A DNA stretch of 64,000 nt from NCBI GenBank assembly GCA_964016885.1, contig OZ024740.1, positions 437,844,001-437,908,000 of the forward strand, read 5' to 3'. A program made the translations under genes and the position numbers. Under the pieces are notes generated by a model. That model was not told where the DNA came from and ran no database searches. It saw only the letters and a list, made by a program, of their open reading frames with translations. Below are positions 54,001 through 64,000 of this stretch, piece after piece (positions within the stretch are counted from its first letter, which is position 1; every line of letters starts with the position of its first letter). The DNA is from Eledone cirrhosa (taxonomy: Eukaryota).

Positions 54001-54957
54001 CATTTGTGTATTTGGGGAGTACTCTGAGTGTGGCCTGCTCTCTGGATGCAGAAGTTGGTCTACCTGTTAGTAAAGCAAGTGAGTCATTTGGAAGGCTCAA
54101 CGACCGTCTTTGGTGCAGGCGAGGAATCACAATGAGGACTAAGGTTAGAGTGTATGCTGCATGTGTACTGTCAGCTTTGCTGTATGCATGTGAGACATGG
54201 GTTGCCTACAAACGGAATATCCACAGACTGGAACGGTTTCACCAGCAGTGTCTCAGAAAGATGCTCGGTATCAAGTGGCAGATGCATGTGAGTGATGTTG
54301 AGGTCCTTGAGAAGTGAGTGTCGGAGCATTGAGAGTATCATCCACCAACGGTGTTTGCGATGGACCGGACACCTCTGCAGAATGGAGGATGATCGAATCC
54401 CAAAACAACTCTTGTATGGCGAGCTTTGTGAGGGTAAGAGATCACCTCACAAACTAAAGCTCCAATTCAAGGATTGTGTAAAAAACTAATTGAAAAAAAC
54501 TAGTTTGATGATGGCTGACTAGGAGATAGAAACTCTTGAAAGAGAAACTTGGCGTGGAATGGTGAATGATGGGGTCCATAATTTTGAGGACAGACGCATA
54601 GAGCAAGAGAAGATCAAAAGGGATGTGCGTAAGCAATGCCCAGGTCTATCTCTCGAAACTATCGGTGTCTCCATTGAATTGAAGTGCCCTGTGTGTGGAA
54701 AAATTTGCTGGAGCAAATCTGGTCTCAGGAGCCACAGTCGCAGCCATGTTCAAAGAGAACCAGTGAAGTATGATCTCCACGGTGTTGTGAGGGTTCACGA
54801 GCAACCTGATGCAGGACCTCAAGCCAGGGAGATCCATAGTTGTCGTCAGTGTGTGAAGGAGTGCAAGTCTCTAGCAGGCTTGAAAGCCATATCCAAGCGT
54901 CCCATATCTAAATCTGACAAGCGATTGCAATACTCTTGGCAAAGTTTGCAGCCATCA
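51076..54957 (+). mobile_element. Near full-length RTE (BovB-like) LINE, frameshifted
   Basis: 5' UTR; APE (IGCWNVRTL, ALSETR, LGDFNARVG, TDHRLV); RT (NYRGISLLS, FVDLTKAFD, LYADD); C-terminal C2H2 finger CPVCGKICWSKSGLRSH. Confidence 0.92.
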
Positions 54958-55120
54958 TATGTATGTATATATATGTATGTATATATCAAAATGAAAATCC
55001 GAAGGCAAGGTAAAATTCCAATCATTTAATCACGACACATGTTTCAATAAGAGATAGATCGATTGTGAAGCCATGATCGATTATCACTGATCTCAACAGT
55101 ATGTATATATATATATATAT

Positions 55121-56240
55121 ATGAAATATAAGAATCAAAGAACTGTTCAAAACATTATTGTGCTTACAGCTGTTTCCTCCAAACCGAGGTTGGATTCTTC
55201 GGAGCAATTTATTAATGCATGGACAGTTATATGACCTCCTTTTCAGCCGAGAGGCATACCGATACATATTCAAACATTGATACATATTCAAACATTGTGG
55301 GTCAACATTCATTACAGAATTTAGAGTGGCAGTACACACTTCGAGATTACATTTATATTAAGAGGTACAATCAAAAATCAAAAATACAGGTTAAAATACA
55401 ACATGAAGATAAGCGGTTATATAGTGGAAATGTTATATGTGTGGCACGCATGTGCGTCTTGTTTATATAGTGTGGCAGAGAGATATGTGTGGTAGAGGCA
55501 CTTAGGTAGGTAAACAAGAGTGTTAGGTTGGTAGATCTGGTGGCAAATTCTTTATATGATTGATATAGTCTGTGTGTGGAGAAATATTATAAGCATTAAA
55601 AATAGTGCAAGCATTAAAAGTGTTAAAAGTATTGGAGATGCACAGCGCAGGGAAGTCAAGTATTTCATGTACTTCGGCATTTTCATGGTCAGGGGAGTGT
55701 ATTTTTCGATTATATGCCCTTCACATAATCCACGACAATCCAGTTAGAGATCGTAGTCTGGTGTTCTTTAGTTCAATACAGGAGGCTGTTACGTTTCGAG
55801 AAACGCCATTGAATACCGCCCGGAAGTGTGTGTGTGGCTAAGGGGAGTTAATGCACGCGGGGAGGTAACTCTGGGGTTTCTATACCTAGCTATTAAAATG
55901 TATCCCAATATAGACCCTATAATTTCCATTTGTGGCACCTTACGATGGGTTAATCCACCATAATAATATGATCACCTTCAGCATAACTTAATTAAACTAC
56001 TCTATAGTTAATACACTTTGTGCTTTAAAAATTTCTCTTGGAGGATGCGCATCACCATAGAAATTAGGGTCTATATTGGGATACATTTTAATAGCTAGGT
56101 ATAGAAACCCCAGAGTTACCTCCCCGCATGCATTAACTCCCCTAATAAATTGCTCCGAAGAATCCAAACCTCGGTTTGGAGGAAACAGCTGTAAGCACAA
56201 TAATGTTTTGAACAGTTCTTTGATTCTTATATTTCATATA
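55121..56240. mobile_element. Inverted pair of probable PLE termini, each with a hammerhead variant
   Basis: 55121-55214 plus 55842-55926 are the reverse complement of 56060-56238. Hammerhead motifs at 55161-55206 (-) and 56151-56197 (+). No coding remnant recognised. Confidence 0.7.
56151..56197 (+). ncRNA. Variant hammerhead ribozyme (CCGAAGA core)
   Basis: TGCT CCGAAGA A TCCAAACC-TC-GGTTTGGA G GAAA CAGCTG TA AGCA, with palindromic stem III. Confidence 0.6.
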
Positions 56241-56399
56241 ACTGCTCTGTAAATCATCTGATGTTTTTACATTGAGCTACTTAACTTACTGGTAATAAGG
56301 TAGTAATACATTACTGCCTACCACTATTTAGGGTGTGTGTAAAATACTTATAACTGCATAAGGTTTTGTATTTACATAACCATAAATGGTATAACTAAT

Positions 56400-56607
56400 A
56401 CTATATATATATATATATATATTTGTATATATGTATATATATATATATATATATTTGTATATATATATGTTTGTATATATATATATATATTTGTATATAT
56501 ATGTATGTATATATATATATATATTTGTATATATATATGTGTGTATATATATATATATATTTGTATATATATATATGTGTGTATATATATATATATATTT
56601 GTATATA

Positions 56608-56682
<75 letters not shown>

Positions 56683-56808
56683 GAAAAGTATAGAAATTGT
56701 TGTAGCGAGAAGCTAACAGTATTCCATAACATATGTATTCCATATATATATATATATATGTATGTATGACTGTATGAATATATATGTATATATATATATG
56801 TATATATG

Positions 56809-56888
<80 letters not shown>
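56400..56888. repeat. (TA)n-rich microsatellite
   Basis: Direct reading. Confidence 0.95.
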
Positions 56889-56889
<1 letters not shown>

Positions 56890-56890
<1 letters not shown>

Positions 56891-59400
56891 GGAAAAATTT
56901 CAACAGGAACAAAACAGAGAGGCAGTACAACGAATGTTTATTAATTTAACGCTCTGGAGAGTGGGGTGTTGGTGGTGAACGACGTTTCGGGCATAAGCCC
57001 TTCCTCAGGTGAGAAGTGTGTGGGAACAGAGTTCAAAGGGTGTGTAGGGGAGTGGTGGAGAGACATATAGCGAAAGGAAACGGTGCGAATGAAATTAAAA
57101 ATAAAAATAAAAATAAAGCATGATCAAAATACAAGGAATGAAATAAATTTAAATATAAAAGCATGATCAAAATAAACTGAAATTAAAAGGGGGTTAAAAC
57201 AGGTGGTGGAAGGGTGTGGGGTGTGTAGGGGTGGTGGCGGGTGGAGTGGGGAGAGGGAGACGGGGTGTCCGAGCGGGGAGGGCTGAAGGTGGTGTGTGTG
57301 TGTAGGTGTACGTGTGTGTGTGTGTGTGTATGTGAAAGTAAGGGTTGGGGGAAGAACGGGGTTGCATGTTCAGGAAGAGGTGTGTGTGTGGGGGGAGGGT
57401 TGTAGGTCGGAGTGTCTGTGCGTGTGTGGATAGAGGGGTGGAGGAGAGGAATCAGGGGGCTGAGGGTGTAAATATGTGGTGGAAAGCACGTGTGTGTGGG
57501 GTTTAAGCGTGTTGTGGGTGTAGGTGGCATGTGGAGAAAAAAAAATTTTTGGGGTGTGTGTGTGGGTGAGTTATATAGGTGATTACGTAAGAGGATGGTT
57601 GAAAAGTTGGTAAAATCCTATGATGTTTAGTGGATTCTGTGGTGGCCAAGTTCTACGTACGAGTATTCCATGAAGCGATGGTTGGAAGAGGAGAGATGTG
57701 GGGTGCGCGCGCAACAGGAAGTGGTCAAGCAGTGGGAGTGCTGTGTGTCTGTTGTGCTGGGAGGTGGTCAGAGGGCATAGCAGCAGTCGGTGGAATGGTA
57801 AAGGGGCGAGGATGGGTAGGTGTGAAAGTTGGAGTGAGGAGAGTGTGTGTGTGTGTATTAGTAGAGGTGTTAGTGGGATGAGTGAGTGTGGAGCGAGGGT
57901 GTGGGTGGAGCGGGGAGAGAAGGGTGTGTGTAGTTCTATGGAGAGAGTGTGGTGTACTGGTGTGTGTGTAGTTTGATGAAGAGGTGTTAGTGGGTGTTAG
58001 TATACGGGAGGTGGGGAAGGGTTGAATGCAGGTGTGAGTGGGGGTTAGTGGTGGTAGGGTGTGTAGAGTTGGTGGTGTACGAGGGTGTGTGGGTACGTGT
58101 GCGTGGGGTTGGGGTGTTAGTGATGTTAGTTGCGTGTGGGGTGGGTGGTGTAAGTGGGTGCGTGTGTTCGTGTGCTTGGGGTTAGGGGGTGTTAGTGAGG
58201 TTAGTTGCTGGGTGGTGGGATGGAGGTGTGGGGGTGAAAGGTGTGGGGGTGAGGGTTAGTGGTGGTAGTAGGGTGTGTGTTTAGTGTGAGCGCGTGTATA
58301 TATGTGCCGGTGGGTGTGTGCGTGTGATAAGGAGGGGGAGGAGGAGAGGAAGGGAGGGAGGGATGTTAGTATGTTAGTTGGGAAGGGTGGTCAGATGAGG
58401 GGTGGAGTGGAGGTGTTAGTATTATTAGTTGTGGGGTGGGCGGTGAAAAGGAGGGGTGTGTTAGTGGTGTTAGTGGGGGATAAGTGTGGGGGGAGGGGGC
58501 GGTCGAAGGCTAAAGGAATAAGGGTGGGGAGTTCAGGCCGGGGGGAGTGTGGGTCTGTAAGATGAAGATAGTTCTTTGTTCGACTCTAAGGCGATTGGCG
58601 GGTGTTCCGTGGCACTGGAGTAGGCCACAGACTGTGAGATGGCGTGCGGAATGTCCAGGGCCATCAAAGTGGCGGGCGATGGGGGAACTACCCCCGAGAC
58701 GAATATCCCGGAGGTGCTCAGTGAATCGGTCCGCCAGGCGACGTCCCGTCTGTCCGACATAAGTCGAAGTCCGTAGACTAGGTTGGAGAAGGTACAGCGG
58801 AAGGCATGCCGGACAGAGAGAGAGTGGCCGTTGGGACCCTGGAAGGTGGTGGTGTTGGTGATGTGGGGGAAGGTGTTGCAGCGGGGCCTAGAACAGGGAA
58901 AGGAACCGGGGGGGGGGACATAGCGTGGGTTGGGGGGTAGGGAGTGTGGACGAGGAGGGTGCGGAGATTGCGTGCGCGTTTGAAGGAGGGGAGTGGTGGG
59001 GTTGGGAAGATGTGGGAGGTGGAGGGGTCGGACTGGAGGCGTCGGAAGAGGCGGCGGATGGTGCGGTGGAGGGGTAAGGTGGAGGGGTGGTAGGTGATGG
59101 GGAAGGGGAGACGGTGGGTGGGTGTGCGGTGGCGTGGGGTGAGGGTGGTGGAGCGGTGGACAGCACGGGCGCGGGTGAGAGCGGTGTGGACGAGAGAGGG
59201 GGGGTAACCTCTGCGGATGAAATGGCTGACTAGGGAAAGGGCCTGGGACTCAAAGTCAGCATCTCGGCTACAGAGGCGGCGGATCCTGAGAAGTTGGGAG
59301 TAGGGAATGGAGTGTTTACTGTGGGTGGGGTGGGAAGAGGTGAAGTCGAGGTAAGAGTGGGAGTCGGTGGGTTTGAAGAAGGCGGAGGTGACGAGGGAGT
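56890..59400 (-). mobile_element. Penelope-like element 3' part (RT thumb, GIY-YIG, long C/A-rich 3' region)
   Basis: FKPTDSHSYLDFTSSHP...SIPYSQLLRIRRLCS; YVGQTGRRLADRFTEHLR...PGLN. Confidence 0.88.
56978..57011 (-). ncRNA. Minimal PLE-type hammerhead ribozyme
   Basis: AC CTGAGGA A GGGC-TTAT-GCCC GAAAC GTC GT. Confidence 0.75.
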
Positions 59401-60370
59401 GGTATCTTCCATACATCTCCACACACAACCCCCTCAACAATGAGGCCTTTGACACCATCCTCCAGAACATCCCTGTATTGAAAAAGGACCATAGAATGAA
59501 CCAAATTCTACGAACACACGATATCATAAAGAGCAAAAGACAATCCAAGTCAATGAAAAACATCTTAACACATGCCAAAGTACTGCCAACCACAACAACG
59601 AAACCCACAGTAAAAAAATGCGATAGACCCAACTGTGGCATTTGCATCAACCTAATAGAGGGTTCGGAATTCTATTTCAAAGATGGACAACGTTTTATAG
59701 TAAAACACAATTTCACATGTGCATCGGAAAATCTAATATATGTATTAACTTGTTCAGGTTGTCGAGAACAATACATAGGCCAGACCCAAAACAGCCTCCG
59801 CCAACGCATGACTGTCCATAGATCCCAAATTAAAATACGGGAATACAGGAAAATACCATTTGTTGTGAAAGAGTCATTTCTCAATCTTGGCGCAAAACCA
59901 ATTTTTTATCCACATGACCTCTACCGACCAATCAAAATTGTTTTGACCAATAATTTTTGCTGGAGCCACTTTTTTAACATTTTAACATAAAAACAGTCTT
60001 GGCGCAAAATCAACTTTTTACATTCACATGACCTCTACCGACCAATCAAAATTGTTTTGACCACAAGAATTTTTGCAACACAAAAATAACAGCCACTTTT
60101 TTAACATAAAAACAGGTAGAATTCCCAAAACTAATCAGATCAGAGCAAACAGCACGGACACTCTATCTCAAAATTATTTTTGAAAAGCATTTAGAAATGC
60201 GCAACCGGTAAAAACTTAAAAACTTAAAACCACAACTGAATACTAACCCATACAATCACTAATACTCTTTTATTCCTAATTAAACCATTTTTCAACTGTG
60301 AACAATTTGTCAGCATTTTCTATTCCGTTTACCAATATATAATAACTTGTGTGTTACACCTCTATTCTTT

Positions 60371-60375
<5 letters not shown>
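59401..60375 (+). mobile_element. Penelope-like element 3' part (GIY-YIG + pseudo-LTR)
   Basis: KCDRPNCGIC, NLIYVLTCSGC..QYIGQT...RMTVH. 3' region nearly identical to 18790-19183. Confidence 0.88.
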
Positions 60376-60459
<84 letters not shown>

Positions 60460-60540
60460 GTATATATGTATGTGTATATATGTATGTGTATATATGTATA
60501 TGTATGTATATGTTTGTATGTATATGTATATATGTATGTA
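60376..60540. repeat. (TA)n/(TATG)n microsatellite
   Basis: Direct reading. Confidence 0.95.
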
Positions 60541-63500
60541 TTATCTCTTTCTCTTAATTTTGAGTATATTTTTTTGACCGGCCACCTTCCTGGTGGCAAG
60601 GTTGTAAAAGAATAGAAATTGTGATCCCTTGAATCGCAAGAATATTTTGCAAATTTTGAAGGTGCCAGCTATCGCAACCATTTGTAGACTATGAATTGGG
60701 GAGCTGCTCTTTTTGTACGCAAATCCAAGTTCAGTCATACTTTGGTCCAAGCGGGTTGGTATATAACCCGTAGCTCCAATAATGATGGGTATGAAGCTAA
60801 AGGTGTATCTTGGATACTGGATTTGTAAACTCCTCATCTATGGTCCGTAGATATCCTCCTTCTTATGTATTTTTCTGACAACGTTTACATCAAGTGGGCA
60901 GCTGATCTCCACAACAGAACACGTTTTCACTGTGTGGTCCCAAACAACAATATCAGGCCGGTTGTGCTTTAATTTGGTGACAGTTTTTATTTTCAGGTTC
61001 CACCAGTATTCCTTAGTGCCATCTGTCTCAATATATTCTTCCTCGTTTGTTGTTAATTTTGTTTTCCGAAGTGCGATCCAGATGGTTCTAGCTATCCCAT
61101 CGTGTCTCATGGGGAGGTAGTAGCGAGATGACATTCTTTCGCAGCTGGCAACAATGTGGCTTACATCCTCGATCTTTGTTTTACATAGCCTACATTTATT
61201 GTCAGCTGCTGGCCCTCCTCTTTTGTGCAGCAGATATTTGGTAGGGAGTTCTTGTTCCTGTATTGCATAGAGATATCCCTCAAAGTGTGATGTCATAAAC
61301 TTGTCGAAACTCCATGCCAGGCTTTTTGAGTGGTTTATCCCCTCTATGGTCTGTGTTTTACGTCTCACGTATCCATGCTCAACTTTTTCTGTAAATTGGT
61401 CAATTTTTTTATCTTGTTTGAACATTGAATAGGATCTTCCGATTTCTCTGGGTGGGAGATTTATATCAGGTTTTATTCCATATCTCTCCTCCAGACCAGT
61501 CGCTATTCTAATGATATTTTTTTTTCATGCTCATAAACCTGGGCAAGATGGTTGCCAACCTTTTTCCTCTGTTGAAGGTGTTACTTCAGTGTTACTATCC
61601 GGGTCTCATATGTTGTTAATATTGATTTTAGACCCTGGTCACCTTCCTTGCGTGAGAAGTATAGCCTATCCACATCACCATTGATGTTAAAGTTCCCAGT
61701 AACACTGAGAAGTTTGCGAGTTCTAACATCCATCTCACTTAGTTCTTGCAATGACCAGTTCAGCAGGCCAAATGTTGGCGTTAGAATTGGCACATCATAA
61801 GTATTGTGGGCAATTTATTTGTTGTACGCTGACAGTTCTGATGACCATATTTTCTTTACTCTTCTGAGGTATTCAGTTCTGGTTCTCTCCTTATTTATGG
61901 GTCCATCATATCTGACATTCTCATCCTGTCCAAGATATCTGTAGTTGTCACCTGACTGTAGAGGTTGTATTGTCAGGCCGTTCATCTCTAGATTTCTAGA
62001 GGAGGGCACAGCTATTCCACGTTTTACTGCCAAATATGCACACTTGGACTCACCAAATTTCATTTTGATGTCGGTTGAAAATTGTGTAATGAGGTCCCAT
62101 TGTTTCTTGATGTCATTGATATTTGGCCCATACAACTTCAGGTCATCAACAAAGAAAAGATGGGAGATACTTCTGAACCCACTTCTTTGTCCACCTTGTT
62201 TCCTGAGTAGGTAAGATAGTGGATTCAGTGAGAGAACGAAGAGTAGCACTGACAAGCTATCACCCTGAAAGATGCCTTTCTGGTAATGTATCTTATCAGT
62301 CTTAACTTGCTCCTTCTCACCTCTTAGGATCAAATTGGTGTACCAGTTCTTGGTCAGGCGTTCAACAGCAGCTACCAATGGTTGTGGGACTTTGGCTAAC
62401 TGTAAAGCCTTAATAATCCACCCATGAGGTACACTATCAAATGCTTTTTGATAGCCCAGCCACACCACAGTCATGTTTCTGCGATTCTTTGTTGTTTTTT
62501 CCTGAATCATTTTGTTAGTTAGTAGGTGATCTATGCAACCCCACACCTCCCTCTTTCCACCAGCTTGCTCAGGTGTTATGATGTTGTTGGTAGCACAGTG
62601 ATCCTGTAAGAACAGGTTGAGGCACCCAGTATATAATTTATACATGATGTTTTGGCAGGCTATTGGGCGGTAATTTTTAGTAAGGGTAGTTTGGCTATTT
62701 TGGGGAATGAGGAGAGTAGTGGCAGTTGATAACCATCTGGGCAGTTCTTGTGTGCCTGTAATGGTTTCTGTAAACAGCCGTATGAGATCTTGTCGATAGA
62801 AAGTGAAATTCTTCAACCAGTATCCTGTAATGAGGTCTGGGCCTGGCGATTTCCTATTCGACATTTTCTGTAGAGCTGTTTCCAGTATTGACCCATCTAT
62901 GTCATATTGTTTTGTCTGGACATGTTGGCAGTAGTCCTGTTCCAGTTCTTTTAGCCAATTAGTGTGTCTGTTGAATCCGTCATCCGTTTCCCATACAGAT
63001 CTCCAGTAGCTCTCAACCTGTTCTTTTGAAGGGGTATCATTTACAGGGATTGAGCTTTTGCCACCGAAGCTGCGATTAACTGATTTAGGATCTCTGGCAA
63101 ACAATCTATTTAGCATTTGTCGTTTATGTGCTGTTGACTTATATTTTAGTCTTTCTGTTGTAGCTGTTAGTTGTTGTTTCAACTGGTGTAATTTGGAGTT
63201 CAAAGTTTTAAATTTTGTATCTCCAAATCGTCTCTCTAACTTTTTTTTAGGCTTCCTGGTATCATGTGAAGTTGCTCTCTATGTTGCATTTCATAACGAC
63301 TGCGATGCTTTTTAAATTTCGCATCCATGCTGGTTCAGGCTTTCTGTTTGTATCTTGATTGCGTGGTTTTAGATGTGTTATATGATAGCAATGTGACAGC
63401 GGAAACATATAACAAAATATTAAGCGTTTCAAATGTCGTTTCTACACCTTTAGATCGTATAGCCTTCAGATAATTGCCAGCTATTTCGTTCACCGCTTCC

Positions 63501-64000
63501 ACTTCCAATTTAGTGGGTTCTTTACTGATTCTGGTGTTGTATGGTCTGTCACTCACATTAAGGCTGTGTATCTCTTGAAACATATCGTTCCATATCACTT
63601 GTAAGGTGTCCACAAGTTTTTGGTGTTCTGTTTGTTCAGTAGAGTCATGAATTTCAGCCTCGTTGTTGATGTGGTGACAATTACTCCTAGAGTTAGCTGA
63701 CCTTTCTCGCTGTTCTTCAGTGGAAGTGGGATGGATTTCAGCAAAATTGTTGGTGAGCTGTTCACTGTTAGATTTAGCTGGCCATTCTCTTTGTCTGTCA
63801 GTAGAGGTGGGGTGGTTGTCTACAAGGGCTGTATTTGTAGTATCACTCAATTCCGTTAGATGTATCAATTTACATCTAATGATACGTTTTGCCTGTTCAT
63901 TTAAATGCTTTGGAGAAAAGTCTAATTCTGGGTGTTTGGAGTTCCATAAAGTTTTTAGCCTTTGCATAAAACCGAACTTTTGGGGTTCAGATTGTTTGTA
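60541..64000 (-). mobile_element. R4/Dong-like non-LTR retrotransposon (RT + CCHC + restriction-like endonuclease), degenerate
   Basis: KNYRPIAC, GIFQGDSLS, HLFFVDDLKLY, CRLC...HIVASC, RHD, HNRPDIVV, EISCP. Runs off the right edge. Confidence 0.88.

Noticed and set aside
57183-58500. G/V-rich and P/H/T-rich ORFs
   Set aside because: Low-complexity 3' region of the PLE, with no domain signal.

Overview
This is AT-rich, repeat-dense animal DNA. The SINE families and abundant (TA)n tracts suggest an octopod cephalopod (inference, not searched). Bases 1-8281 are a 23-bp satellite with higher-order duplications. Most of the rest is decayed retroelements: CR1-like, RTE, Tx1/L1, CRE-like, R4-like, about seven Penelope-like (PLE) families and tRNA-derived SINEs. 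The one host gene I can support is an interferon regulatory factor (IRF) gene on the minus strand. Only its first coding exon appears as an IRF sequence in the ORF track. Exons 21393-21229 and 17450-17285 splice into a complete five-tryptophan DNA-binding domain with unusual DNA-contact residues, and 14324-14269 is a likely next exon. About 5.7 kb upstream is a compact TATA + ISRE + GAS cluster followed by a GTAAGT donor, resembling a vertebrate interferon-inducible promoter. The PLE termini carry several canonical and variant hammerhead ribozymes. Several PLE ends form long inverted repeats inside (TA)n tracts, two of them within IRF introns.
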